A DNA stretch of 64,000 nucleotides from Podarcis pityusensis (taxonomy: Eukaryota): NCBI GenBank assembly GCA_964106645.2, contig OZ067040.1; one strand, 5' to 3'. Below, piece after piece: positions 22,392 to 35,747 of the stretch (position 1 is its first letter; every line of letters begins with the position of its first letter). Made by a program: the position numbers and the translations under genes. Under the pieces are notes generated by a model. It searched no databases. It was not told where the DNA came from and saw nothing but the letters and a program-made list of their open reading frames with translations.

Positions 22392-23820
22392 CTTAAAGTA
22401 CATTATATAGTTACAATAAATTAATACATCTGTAGTAAATTCACTAGGCTGTTTTCTAGCATATTATACAGGAATGTAAGTGAGAATGGAACTAGACTTT
22501 GCAAGAGACATAAAGCTGCCATTTCTCCACTCTGCCTTATTATGTAACCTCTCCTTAGGATGTGGGGGAGGCGTGACATTGTTTCCTGTCTTTCTGGGTT
22601 AGGGAAGGGAGTTGTAACAGGCAAGGAACCCTTCCCCACCTTGATCAGCGCCAATCGGGGGTAGGGGGGGGAATGACAAATATACTGAAAGCCACCTCAA
22701 GAACTTCAGTTAGTAGGTGGGATATGAAAACTCATAAATAAATAAATATAGATTGATACAACATGTAGTACTGTGTGATGCCCTAAACCTGCCAAGCAAC
22801 AGAAAATAGTGTGAGAAGGGTGTGCAGCAATGTACAATGCAATGGCATCATTGTGTTAAACTACAAATTATAAGGAGGTGAAGAAAAGAGCCATGAAGGC
22901 ATGACAATTTGTTGTCTCTTGTAGTGTCTAGTTACATCTTCATTTAAAAACATCGTAACTTTACAAAATTGCAAAGAATAGTAATCATGAGTTCAAGCTT
23001 TGTTTTATATCATTACACTTGTGCCTATATAAAACATGGCTCAAAATCAAAAGAGAAACCAGTCATTCCAGAATTGCGAATAAAGGATAATTTATTTGGA
23101 CCCTATGGCAATAAACCAGTAAATATCTAAATAGGGTACTCTCTCAAGATCGTCCTAAAACTGCCATAGCTGTCTTCAGTTTTGGTATGCAGACAGAATG
23201 TTTTAGGTTTCTTCATGTTACAACTGAACGCTTCTAGTTTGCCACAAAGCTGGGGATGGGGGTGTCAGGGCTTTGCCTTCAGAAGTTTCTATAATAGCTT
23301 GATTCTGTAGCAGCAATCACTTAAAGTTATGGTAACATTTATCTCATATACTGGCAGTATTTCACTAACTACAACATTTTGATTTGTTTGTTTGTGGACT
23401 ACTTGAAGACTTGGATTCAGCTTCCACTCTCTGTGCTGTAATGACTTTTTGCTTAACCCAGTCTGCCTGGGCATTGTTGTTCCTTTCACTGACTCCTGAT
23501 GTTTCTCCATAAGTACAGTGGCTTCCTGCTGGGAAGTCATGGACCTTGTTTTGCCATGATGAATGTATGCACCTTGGCTATTCCACTGTCTGTTTTAACA
23601 CCATAAACCAAAGAGGCATAATCTCTGCAAACTGTTGAATCACCAACAGATTAGCTCATAGAAGATTGATTAGCTTATGTGTCTCGGTGGTGGAACCAAC
23701 ACCTTGTACCACTTGGCCCTTGCCCAGCCTGTCAGGCTGGCATCCAAAGTGATCACAGTCCTGTCAAAAACTCGCCCCCAAATGCTGGGGCACAACTCTT
23801 GTTGGTTCAGATGGTTTCCA

Positions 23821-24427
23821 TGTCATGAGACAAAGGTTCTTGAGAGCAGAAGAAGGCAAGGCCTACAAGACCTACATAACCATTCAAAACTAAGCCTGCT
23901 AACTGTTAACACAAACTGCTGAATCATTGTGACTCATCTACAGGATGACTCATTCTCTCTATAAATTTGTATCCTGTTCGCAGGCAGGCCCAGTGTAGTG
24001 TCTGTGCTGTTGTTGTAATGTGGTGCTATGAATGTAAAGTTAAGGCAGACAGAGTGGCTCCAGGACTCCAGTTTATCAGTAACTAGGACTATGCCTCTGT
24101 GAAGAGTTAGATAGCTGCTATGAGCACTCTGTGTGTGCTCTTTGACTATGCTGTTTATGAACAACTTTATTTTCTCAAGTAAATGTTTTATTCTGTTTAT
24201 AAGGAAGACTCTGCTTGATTAATTTACCGCTGCGCAGCAGTCTAATGATCAGGGTATAAATCAGGGTTTCCCAAACTTGGGTCTCCGGCAGTTTTTTTGG
24301 ACTACAACTCCCATCATCCCTAGCTAGCAGGACCAGTGGTTACAGATGATGGGAGTTGTAGTCCAAAAACTGCTGGAGACCCAAGTTTGGGAAACCCCTG
24401 CAGGAGATTCCCAGAACTTGCCAGACA
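23821..24427 (+). mobile_element. Possible solo LTR (interrupted by a MITE)
   Basis: TGTC...GACA ends, TATAAA at ~23960, TGACTCA x2; no clean TSD. Confidence 0.3.
24262..24400. mobile_element. Palindromic hAT/Charlie-type MITE
   Basis: Near-complete fold-back CAGGGTTTCCCAAACTTGGGTCTCC...GGAGACCCAAGTTTGGGAAACCCCTG. Confidence 0.8.
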
Positions 24428-24901
24428 CCACTGGTTTGCTTCAAAGGAAGCAAAAGCTAAGAATCAGTCTCTCTGTTCCCTGAGCCTCAGATGAAACACT
24501 TGATCAGTAAGAAGTAATCAATATGGTTAGGAACTGGAATCTGTACCAGGTTTCAGTCCAAAATAGACAAACATCAATCTGCCACCATAAGAACTAACAA
24601 TTTTGCTTTCACTCATGGATAGAATTACACATGTGACCTTTTGGGTTTACCACATAATAGCCTCCATCATTTACTACAAAGGGAATGTGTTTAGAAGGGC
24701 TAGGAAATAATGCTGCTCTGCCAACACCCTACTGCCAGTATATTGAAAAGAATTGTGTTAGAACTAAGCAGGCCATGACAGCAGCAACTTTCAAACCTAA
24801 TTAAAAACAATGTACAATAAGAAAAAGGATGAAGTTACTTGCCTTTTATTGTAATAAATAATTTTACAAATTTATGTAACTTCTCTAACACAGATACTTA
24901 C

Positions 24902-24976
24902 CTTCTTACCATATCATACATGGTGTTTTCAACATTTCCTAGCCACAGTTCAGCAGGACCTCTAATACGAACATTC
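24902..24976 (-). CDS. DNAH14: DNAH14 coding exon 26 (NVRIRGPAELWLGNVENTM)
   Basis: AG/GTAAGT boundaries, phase 2->2. Confidence 0.9.
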
Positions 24977-25721
24977 CTATGAGACAGTATTTGAAATTTC
25001 AGCACTTAATAAAAACACATGGTTAATGTCTTTTTTTCAATTCTTTTCCCACTCTGTCCTTAAGGGTTTTGATTTTTTAAACTCAACCTTTTGTTTAAAA
25101 GGGAGCCAGTAGCAGTCAGGATAGAGCCTCCTTCCAAACACCTGCATCATTGGTGCTTACAGTGCAGGCTGGTGCATTAGATTTATTAGGACACAGACCT
25201 GCAAAGGAGATGTGCAAGCAAAAATATAAAACCCCAAAATCTCAGTCACACTCCCCCCCCCGCACCTCCACCCCCTTACATTCTTCTGTTTGAACCAAGA
25301 GAGACTCATTTCTGTCCACCTTCTGTTTGCTGGCCAATCAGCACTCTGCACCAGCTAGACATTTATAACAGATCACTCAGATCATCTAACTAGTCATATA
25401 CTTATGAATAAACAATCTCAAAAAAGCCTACTACAACAAATTGCCTGAAATTGTATGAGTGGTATCCAACTAACTTGTCTTGTAAGTGCAAGGATTTCCA
25501 ATTATGCAGTGGATCGTTTCCTCCTCTCCTTGCCCCACGTGTGCCCTGTGCCCTCCCAACATCTGTGCCAGCAGGTTGGGGGAACACTCAGAACAGATTT
25601 AGGAGGCACATGGCAGGGAGTTCTGGTGTGTAAGTGGAAATCTTTGCAGGGATGGAACAAGTTATATGGATTATAGAGTTATGGCTGATACCTTAAAATT
25701 AAAAATAACTGTATACCGTAC

Positions 25722-25840
25722 TTTGGTACTAGAAGAATTTCCCCTTCAGCAGATCCGATCATTAAAACCACTGGAGGCCTCTGTTCTTGTGGGCGTATAT
25801 ATAACTTCCTTATATTTGCAAAACATTTCACAAGATGAGG
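25722..25840 (-). CDS. DNAH14: DNAH14 coding exon 25 (PHLVKCFANI...SAEGE)
   Basis: Conserved PHL.KCF motif; 100-bp upstream intron; phase 0->2. Confidence 0.93.
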
Positions 25841-25940
25841 CTGCAGCAAATATGTTAAGCAAAATACAATAATAAATACTAAGCCTATAACCATGTGTAA
25901 AAACATTTAAAAGTATGATGTATGTGATATTAAATATTAC

Positions 25941-26045
25941 CTGCACAACATCATGGTTTTTGCTGTCAGCTAATATTTCGATAAGTTCAGCATTGCTGAG
26001 AAAATAAAATCTTGGAAAAACCATACGTTTAACTTCAAGATAGTC
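25941..26045 (-). CDS. DNAH14: DNAH14 coding exon 24 (DYLEVKRMVFPRFYFLSN)
   Basis: Conserved FPRFYFLS motif. Confidence 0.95.
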
Positions 26046-26320
26046 CTGTCCCCAAAATTAAAAATGAGACAAAATTTGACTTAAAATTATAAAGTGAAAA
26101 TGAAACTATAAAACAGCATCTTACACTTTTCATCGTCTAGGAGCGTGTTCCTCATTTATGTCAGTTTCCTCACTCCCTCCCTCTAATTTGTTCTTTGCCA
26201 TATGTTCTTTCGGATTTTGTTGAAACAGATGTGAAAAGAATGTCAATATCATACAGTACATGGTGCCAGTCTGAGGCTGTGGGACTGAATGAAGAACTAG
26301 CCTTAGTCTACCCCATTAAG

Positions 26321-29151
26321 AGGATTTGACCTGGCATGTGTGACAGAGACCTGGTTGGATGAGGCAGATGGGCCTGTCCTTGCCGCTGCTTGCCCACCAG
26401 GTTTCTCTTACGCACAGCAATCCAGGTCATGTGGGCGGGGAGGGGGGGTTGCAGTGATTTTTAGGAAGTCATTAGTCTGCACCAGGCGTCCTATTGGGAA
26501 GACCCAGTTCTCTGAGTGCATGTTCTGGAAGTTGGGCAATAGGGGCAGTACAGGATTCCTTTTGGTGTACCGACCTCCCCGCTGCACCAAGGATTCCCTG
26601 CCCGAGCTGCTTCAGGTCGTGGCGGATATGCTCCTGGAGACACCTAGCTTGGTTGTCCTGGGGGATTTTAACATCCATGCCGACACAACCTTACAAGGGG
26701 CCGCTCGGGACTTCGTGGAAAGCATGGCCTCCATGGGGCTGTCCCTGAATAAATTTGGCCCAACTCATAGCCGCGGACATGCCTTAGACTTGGTGTTTAC
26801 CTCTACGGATGTTGGTGATCTGACATTAACTAAAAGCGAAACGAAAGAAGTGCCATGGTCAGATCACTTCCTGGTGCAACTGGACTTCTCCGCAACCCTT
26901 CCCCTCTGCAGGGAGGTGGGACCAATTCGGATGGTCCGCCCCCGCCACTTAATGGATCCAATTGGCTTCCAGAGAGTGGTAGGGGATGTTTTATCCCAAG
27001 TTGATGGCCTTTCAGCTGATTCCCTGGTGGCCAGCTGGAATGCAGTTAACCAGGGCTATTGACTGTCTGGCTCCAAAGCGCCCTCTCCGATTGCATGGAG
27101 CCCGGACAGCCCCGTGGTTTTCCCCGGAGCTGAGGGTGATGAAACAATCGTTGAGACGGCTAGAGCGCCGGTGGCGGAAAACTCATTCTGAATCAGACCG
27201 GACATGGGCTAGAGCTCAACGTCGAGCCTACCAAGTGGCAATGGCGACGGCGAAGAGGGCTTTCTTCACCGCCTCCATTGCATCTGCAGAAAACAGCAGC
27301 AGGAGACTTTTTCAGGTGGTTCGCAATCTATCGGAACCACCTGCACCACTGGGGCCTGGTAGGGACCCCAAGATCTCCTGCAATGCTTTTGCAAAGTTTT
27401 TTGCAGATAAAGTCGCTCAGATTCAGAAGGAGGTAGACTCCACCGTGGGAGCAGGGCCGGGGCAGGAGAGTGCTAGAGTCTGGTCTAGTCAAATTGCGTG
27501 GGATCAATTCCAATCTGTTACCTCCGAGGATGTGGACAGGCTGCTTGGACGAGTGAAACCAACCACCTGTCTCCTTGATCCTTGCCCATCCTGGCTGATA
27601 AAAGCGAGCCGGGAAGGGCTGGGCGATGGGCTCTGCGGGGTGGTGAATGCTTCCCTCTGTGAGGGAGCCTTCCCAGACCCGCTGAAAGAGGCAGTCATTA
27701 AACCACTTCTTAAAAAAACATCTTTAGACCCAGCCAATTTGGCCAACTATCGCCCAGTCTCAAATTTACCATTCTTGGGCAAGGTGATTGAGCGGGTGGT
27801 TGCCAAACAACTCCAAGCACGCCTGGAGGATGCGGACCATTTGGATCCCTTCAGGCCTCACCATGGGACTGAAACTGCCTTGGTCGCGCTGGTTGATGAT
27901 CTCCGGTGGGCTAGGGACAAAGGTGAGAGCTGTTTCCTAGTTCTGCTGGATCTCTCAGCGGCCTTTGTCACCATTGACCATAACATCCTTCTGGACCGTC
28001 TAGAGGGTCTGGGAGCTGGGGGCACTGTTATATGGTGGTTCCGCTCCTTTCTCCTGGGCCGTGTCCAGAAAGTGGTGGGGGGGGGATGAGTGTTCAGACC
28101 CCTGGGCTCTCACTTGTGGGGTGCCTCAGGGTTCCGTCCTCTCCCCCATGCTTTTTAATATCTATATGAAGCCGCTGGAAGAGATCATCAGGGGGTTTGG
28201 GCTGGGTGTTCATCAGTATGCAGATGACACCCAGCTCTACCTCTCCTTTAAATCAGAACCAGTGAAGGTGGTGAAGGTCCTGTGTGAATGCCTGGAGGCT
28301 GTTGGAGGATGGATGGCGGCTAACAGATTGAGGTTGAATCCTGACAAGACAGAAGCACTGTTTTTGGGGGACAGGGGGCTGGCGGGTGTGGGGGATTCCC
28401 TGGTCCTGAATGGGGTAACTGTGCCCCTGAAGGACCAGGTGCACAGCCTGGGAGTCATTTTGGACTCACAGCTATCCATGGAGGCACAGGTTAATTCTGT
28501 GTCCAGGGCAGCTGTCTACCAGCTCCACCTGGTACGCAGGCTAAGACCCTACCTGCCCGCGGACTGTCTTGCCAGAGTGGTGCATGCTCTAGTTATCTCC
28601 CGCTTGGACTACTGCAACGCGCTCTACGTGGGGCTACCTTTGAAGGTGACCCGGAAACTGCAATTAATCCAGAATGCGGCAGCTAGACTGGTGACTGGGA
28701 GTGGCCGCCGGGACCACATAACACCGGTTCTGAGAGATCTGCATTGGCTCCCAGTACGTTTCCGAGCACAATTCAAAGTGTTGGTGCTGACCTTTAAAGC
28801 CCTAAACGGCCTCAGTCCTGTATACCTGAAGGAGCGTCTCCACCCCCATCGTTCAGCCCGGACACTGAGATCCAGCGCCGAGGGCCTTCTGGCGGTTCCC
28901 TCATTGCGAGAAGTAAGGTTACAGGGAACCAGGCAGAGGGCCTTCTCGGTAGTGGCGCCTGCCCTGTGGAACGCCCTCCCAGCGGATGTCAAAGCAATAA
29001 ACAACTATTTTACTTTTAAAAGACAACTGAAGGCAGCCCTCTTTAGGGAAGTTTTTAATGTTTGATGCTGTACTGTTTTTAATATTCAGTTGGAAGCCGC
29101 CCAGAGTGGCTGGGGAAACCCAGCCAGATGGGCGGGGTATAAATAATAAAA

Positions 29152-29192
<41 letters not shown>
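26321..29192 (+). mobile_element. L2 LINE, 5'-truncated; nearly whole ORF2 (APE+RT) with two frameshifts; (TTA)n tail
   Basis: TETWL, GGGVA, YRPP, GDFNIH, SDH (APE); GVPQGSVLSP, YADD (RT); LHWLPV..R..FK (L2 C-terminus). Confidence 0.95.
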
Positions 29193-29789
29193 GAAATCAG
29201 GTTTATTCATGCAACTATATGCATGCTCTGGCAATTTTGTGAGGTTCATTGAGAGCCTACTCACACAGCTGAGACTATGGCAGCTGCCAGCAAAGCATTA
29301 CCTGCATTATCTCCCAATCTTAATTTCACAATTCAGCATAAACGTGTCACTGGCTGGTGAGTGGAGGGTTCAATCCTAACAGCCCTAGGGTGATGGTTCC
29401 CCACAGGAACATGAAGCATCACCCAGCAGGATGGCATTCTTGTTCAATCCTGCTGGCTACAATGTGCTATTACGCAACCGCTTCCCTTTGTCTTTAACTA
29501 CATAGCTCATCTCCCCTATCTGTTCCTGAAGGGAAATAAATCTAACTTCCCCACAGCAGAAGTCCTGGAACTCTTTACTTCAACAGGCATCTCACCCCTT
29601 TTGTTTTTGAGAGGGGAGGAATCAGATGCAGTTAATCTCTTCACTGACAACATTTGAAGGACTATCCTTCAAACTCCTGATCTTAGTGCAAACATTCTGG
29701 TGGCCCAAATAACAACAGCCCATACCTCACTTCAAATAGGTCTTTTGGGGGTTGCTTCCACTGCAATTAAAAAACTTAGTATTGTTTAC

Positions 29790-29961
29790 CTCGAGAGCCT
29801 TCTGTATTTTCTCTAAGTGTGCATTGTTGGTTTGCAGAGTTTCAAAAACTCCTGCTGTTGTAGTTGCCCTAAGAGCGTTTGGATTATCTTCTGTACGTTT
29901 CATGAGATCTTTCCATTTGCTATCAACTTGAGAGAAAAGATTTGATTCTTCTGGAAGCTGT
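29790..29961 (-). CDS. DNAH14: DNAH14 coding exon 23 (QLPEESNLFSQVD...IQKALE)
   Basis: AG/GT boundaries, phase 2->0. Confidence 0.93.
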
Positions 29962-30333
29962 CTGTTTTTAAAAAACAAATATTCTTAAAGCATAAAATGT
30001 AGAACAATGAATTTGTCTTCATGGAACAGTTACACTATCCCTATAGTCTGTATTTAAAGCACACACTTACAGTAACACTGAATTAACAGTATGTCCCACA
30101 GGACAAAGGAGGATTCTTAGAGCAAGGACTGGATGGGGCAACGACAAGCACCTGGGCAGAGAGGCAAGAAGCCAGGGAACTCAGAAAAAAGGGAAGCCAG
30201 GATGATGCAACAAGGTAGATGAATGAAGCAAGATGGGAGCATTGGGGGAGAACTGCAGGATAAAGGGTGGGTTGTTTGGGGACTTTTTAGGAATTAATAA
30301 ACACTAGGAAAGGTACTCTCACAATAAACATAC

Positions 30334-30628
30334 TGTTATGTACTGAGTTGAATAGGATCCAAAAAGCAGCAGTCTGATTAGTCCTAGAACAACAGGATTC
30401 AGAATGCAGCAGTCTGATTGGTCCACAGGCGCCAACCAATCCAGCTCCAGGTGGAAGTGAATCCGCAACCTGATTCGCCTACAGGTGAATCCCGGAATTA
30501 GCCAATCACGTGGGGCCCATTATGTAAATAATGTATATAAAGCAGACAATCTGGGGGAACTTCCATTCCTCACTACTCTGAGCTGAATAAAGAGCATGAA
30601 ATCCACACTCAACTCAGAGTATATTTCA
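30334..30628 (+). mobile_element. Solo LTR (295 bp, Gypsy-like)
   Basis: TG...CA ends, 5-bp TSD CATAC, CCAAT boxes, TATATAA, AATAAA. Confidence 0.85.
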
Positions 30629-31718
30629 CATACAGAGACAAACAAAACTCACAAAGAAAAGGAAACCAAAGTCCACAGACAGACAAGAAGCCAACTATAT
30701 GCTAAGCTGTCTAGATTCATCTTGTATGAAGGCAGGAAATGAACTGAGTGAGGGTGGGAAGTACATACACACTCAACTCTGAACATTTTCTAACTTGGAC
30801 ACTAGGTGGTGATATAACCCATGTGATAGCCTTCCGCCCATAGTAAATCATGGTTTGTTTGGGAGTGAGCCTGAGTTCAAAGCTAATAATACTGTAAGCC
30901 AAATCATGTCTTAACTCTGGGTAGCACAGCAGCAGCAGCAGCAAGATCTGGGGAGAACCCAAGTAGCAACCATTTTTGCTCTCAGTACCTACACCAGTGG
31001 TGGGGTACTTCTGACACGTGGGGCTAATTGGGCCCAGCACAGATCCAATTTTGGCCCTAACCAGGTCCACCGGTCACATACTTGAAGTTATATATGATGT
31101 CAGGTGTGGAGTAAAGAAACAATCAAATGCTTAAAGTATGCTCCCAATTGTTCATTGTTCCTCAGCAAGTGGGGCTTGGTGACAAGAAGCTCCTTTGAAG
31201 CTGCTCATTTGCACGTGTGGTTTGGATTCAAACCACACCTGCAAATGGACATTTATGGGCAGCTTTACAAGTCTGCAGAGGAAAAATGGCTATTTGTGGG
31301 CATGATTTGAAGCCCAACTGAATCTGCAAATGGACAAAGCGGTTTGGTGGTTCCAAAGGAGTTTGCTGTCTGTGTAAGCATTAACAGCAAGCCCCTTTGA
31401 AGTTGTCACCTGATGTCATAAGGCAATTGACAGGTGGACAGATGGGCATTTCTGATCTAGTCCTCAGGCTGAAAAAGGTTCCCCATCTCTAACTGCTACA
31501 TGCTTGCTCATTCATCTTCAGCCATAGTTTCGATTAATATTACAGGTGTATTAGGCCCCACTGTAGTTCCCACCAAACCAAAAGAGTACCAAATACATTT
31601 CAGAACATGATTTAGAGAAAAAGAATTATGATGAACAAATTCATGTTTTATTTTAGCTTAGATATGAAATCTTAATTATTCAGTATAGGTGGGACAGTAC
31701 TGCTGGACCAAACCTTAC

Positions 31719-31840
31719 CTTTTTATTTCTGGAGCACAAAAGATTGGCTCAAGATAAATCCAATTCCTTTGACAATTCAACCATTCCTCCAGAGTACAAG
31801 AAAATAGGTTTAGTTTACGATCCCAAGCATCCACAAGACT
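31719..31840 (-). CDS. DNAH14: DNAH14 coding exon 22 (EEWLNCQRNWIYLEPIF)
   Basis: Conserved W..CQ..W.YLEPIF motif; phase 0->2. Confidence 0.93.
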
Positions 31841-32315
31841 CTATCATAAAAACAGAATAATCATAAACTGGAGCAATATCATATAATCCTCTTTTATAAA
31901 CATGGCTTAGCAAATCAAACTCACAATCAGGCTCACAACATCACAAGTTGGTAACCTCATATCTTGATTACTGCAATGCCCTCTATAAGACTACCCTTAT
32001 GAATGGTGTGGAAGCTGCAATCCAGGCAAGTCCCCGTTTATGCAGGGGTTGAATTGTGATGCGCTGAACACATTGGCGGAAAGCTCATATGCCTGCTGTG
32101 CCCTACCTCAGCCCCTTCCGGGACCAAAACCAAAGTGTGTGTCAGCGACCACACACGTACCAAATGCATGCAAACTGGGAGTTCCATGTACTGCTGAATG
32201 CAGCAGCGAGGTTGCCAAGTGTTGTGGCTAGCCATGGACATGTAACATCTCGTAAAAAGAACGTCACTAGCTTCCAATTAGTTAATGGGTCAGGTTTAAT
32301 GTTTTCATATTAATG

Positions 32316-33103
32316 TCTTCTTCTTTGGTGATCACTCGTAGCCAAGTAAGATTGTCTTCTATAAACACGGTTTTAACAATGAGTCCGTGACTGTGGAGGC
32401 CAATTCTGGACCCACACATCCTTCCACATTGGGGACATTGGTTCCCAGGCGGGAGTTGATCACATTGTGGATTTGCCAAGTGTGCCTTCCTCTTAGCACG
32501 TTTCTCCCTTGAGTTCTGAGTTCGAGTGTCTTCAAAGTCCATGACACCTTTGGTAAAGGCGGTTCTCCAAGGGGAGTGCTCACAGGCCAGTGTTTCCCAG
32601 TTGTCGGTGTTTATACTACATTTTTTAAGATTTGCCTTTAGACAAGTTCTTTAAACCTCTTTTGTTGACCACCAGCGTTACGTTTTCCATTTTTAAGTTC
32701 AGAATAGAGTAGTTGCTTTGGAAGATGATAATCAGGCATCCACACAACATGACCAGTCCAACGAAGTTGATGTTGAAGAATCATTGGTTCAACACTGGTG
32801 ATCTTTGCTTCATCCAGTACACTGATATTAGTTCATCTGTCTTCCCAAGTGATGTGTAAGATTTTTCAGAGACACCGTTGATGGAATCTTTCGAGAAGTT
32901 GGAGATGTCCATGTTTCACAAGCATACAGTAAGGTTGGTAGTACAATAGCTTTGTAAAAAAGCATTTTGGTTTCCCTGCAAATGTCTTCAAACACTTTGC
33001 ACATCAATCAGGTGAAAGCTGCACTCGCAGAGCTCAGGCGATGCTAGATTTCTGCATCAATGTTGACCCTTGTGGAAAGATAACTGCCTAGGTAGGAGAA
33101 GTC
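32316..33103 (-). mobile_element. RTE-clade LINE 3' fragment (degenerate)
   Basis: C-terminal CPQCGRMCGSRIGLHSH; (GAA)n tail. Confidence 0.82.
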
Positions 33104-33273
33104 TTTGTCTTTGTCTAGCTCCTTCCCTTTGACCTAACACCTTGGGTGACCCTGCTGGGAGTACGAGATTCCAGATGGCTTCGCTCACAAGGGTTATAGG
33201 AACGTGCAAGCCCACTCACCATGACAAGGTAATGATCCAGCGAGTGAGATATTAATGTACAAGTCCCTAAACA

Positions 33274-33430
33274 CAGTGCTGTTTTTCTAGAAAAAGAGGT
33301 GCCGGAACTCACCATGAATGCCTCCCTCTTTCTCTTAGAATGGCAATGGCACCCACCTAAGAGGTTCCAGAATACACTAGAAAGGTGCCAGAACTGAGTT
33401 CTGGGGAGTTCCCCCTGAAAAAAAGCTCTG
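33274..33430. mobile_element. hAT-type MITE
   Basis: TIR CAGTGCTGTTTTTC/GAAAAAAAGCTCTG; 8-bp TSD CCTAAACA. Confidence 0.85.
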
Positions 33431-34211
33431 CCTAAACAGCTCAGGACCAGGTTACCTGAAACCATGCCTTCTTCCATATAGACCTAAGTACACATTGCTA
33501 TGGTTTTCAGAGACCCTCCTGGCTGTGCCACAAGCTGCAGGTCTGTCAACAATGAGGAAGACAGCCTTTTATGCAGTAGTACATAAAATCCAGAAAAGCC
33601 TTCCACTCAGAAATAAGGCATTAGTCAACACTGTTACAGTTCCAACACATGTTGAAAGTTTCTTTTATTTCTGGATTTTGCTGGTTCATGATGCCTACCT
33701 TTGTGGTTTTAAATTGATCTGACTACAAATTGCCTTCTGAGTTTAATATTATTGTATATTTTGTATTTGTTTTGTATTTTTTACTCTTGTACACCTCCGG
33801 AAGATGCTTGCATGACAAGCAGTATAATTTTTTTAATTAATTAACTAAGAATCGTAATTATTTAAAGCATTGGTCTTCAACTGGTGTACTGCAACTCACA
33901 AGTGAATAACAATTATATGTAAAGCGGGCCACACATGCAGTGTCATGACCATTTTTTGGAGACAGAATGCAAAAGAAATGTAAATGATAGAGGAGGAGAA
34001 AAATATAGTTGAACAAATTTTATATAGATAAAAAACCATACATAATTTAAAAATGTGAAATATGTCTAGTGTTAGAGCCATCTGGGAAGTTCAAACATTA
34101 CTGTTTTAAATAATCATTTTGGGAGATGTTGGATTTCCAAAATGGAAAGTAACTACGTATGACTGAATAACTGAATACAAACTCTATTCAAACATCTCGA
34201 GTAAGATTTAC

Positions 34212-34457
34212 CTTAATTGGTCCAATGAAACAAGAACCTTTAATTGTAGAAATTGTCACTTGAGAATCTTCTAACAAAGCAATTATATCTTCAGCAGATG
34301 AAATAATCAAAGTAGTTGATGTTTCAGTGTGATATTGAGATAAATGAAATTCAGTTTTGTACCAAATGTCCATTATCCTTTTCAGCATCGCTTCAAGAGT
34401 TGCTTCATTGGACGCTGTTACAGATACCTCATTTATTTCTTTTCTATACTGAAACAT
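34212..34457 (-). CDS. DNAH14: DNAH14 coding exon 21 (MFQYRKEINEVS...GPIK)
   Basis: AG/GT boundaries, 82 codons, start of linker. Confidence 0.93.
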
Positions 34458-35371
34458 CTAAAAGTTTAAAAATTAGAAACATTTTTGTCTGCTGGTAGAC
34501 AGAAAGAGATAAATATTGTTAAATGAATAACTGTAATATATATTCAGAAAATGTATTCACAAAGAAAGTAATTTTCAAGATTCCCTGTTTGACTTGAGGC
34601 TAATGCAATATCCTTATTATTGCCACCTCCATTATTTCTCCTGATAAAATTTATTCGTATACCCCTATGGTACATTATACACAGTTCACCAAAAGAAGGA
34701 GAACAGGAATTCCTGGGCTCTAGATAGAATGTAATGGTAGTTTGATTCCTGTGGCTTCACAGTTATGCCCCCTGCCATGCTACTATCATTCAAATGATGG
34801 AATCACACTTGCTACGTGCGCAAACTAAAAAGAGAAATTATTCAAAATGTACAACCAACACAAAATTCTGACTTTTGCACAGAAAGGTCTGGCACCTGAC
34901 CAAAGGCTGAAAATCCAGCATGGCCTCATCTTGTATCTAATTATGACAATGGCTACTTCTGAAATCAACCAAGTTGTGGCTTTTTTAGTTCCAGACAGTT
35001 GTGGTGTCCATTTATTCACATCCCCTTGTTAGCCAGGATCCCTGGGGGGCGGGGACTCTGCGGCTGGGCATGCAATGACCACGTAAAGAGGCTTAATTAG
35101 AAGCCTCAGGAACATGCAGTTTCTCAAAGCTTTTTGGCTCCATTTCATATATCCAGTGACCTGAACCATATATCTAAGAAGAGACCAACTGAACTGATCC
35201 CAACAAATATGGGCAAGGCAAATATGCTAGTTCTCTAGCCACTTTAAAATGAAATAGATAAATCTATTAACTGTAAAACTTGAAAAAATGCCCAAGAGAC
35301 TACAAAACCTAGAGGATGGGGGGGGGGTATTCTACAGCATAATAAATGGTACTTATAAATCATGCAATTAC

Positions 35372-35562
35372 ATTGAATTCCAGAATCTTATCCAGGGTCA
35401 GTCTTTTATCCCCATTAATTGTCTGCTTAACAATATTCTGTATTGTTTCCCAATGCCGCAGCTGAAGACAGGGATTCCGTAAAGCTATAACGATAGGCAA
35501 AAATTCCTTGAACTCATACAATGATTTCTTCATAGCTGGTAAAATAGTATTTTCTGGCAAGC
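35372..35562 (-). CDS. DNAH14: DNAH14 coding exon 20 (LPIVIALRNPCLQLRHW)
   Basis: Conserved dynein L.NP.L..RHW motif; phase 1->0. Confidence 0.93.
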
Positions 35563-35747
35563 CTTCAAAATATGAAAATATTATGGACACATCAAAACAC
35601 TTTTCATAAAGAAGTTTATTTCAAAAAATATTCCTTTCTTTTGTGAGCTTTTTCTGGTCTTTTTTCATGGGTGCCTTCATATTAAAGCTATTTTATTTTC
35701 CCAAATAACATTCTGAATTATTTTCTATTTACAAGGAATGTGGCATC

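Noticed and set aside
24254-24408. TSD for the 24262 MITE (likewise the 41109 MITE)
   Set aside because: Flanks do not match; this may reflect later deletion, so no claim of TSD-less transposition is made.
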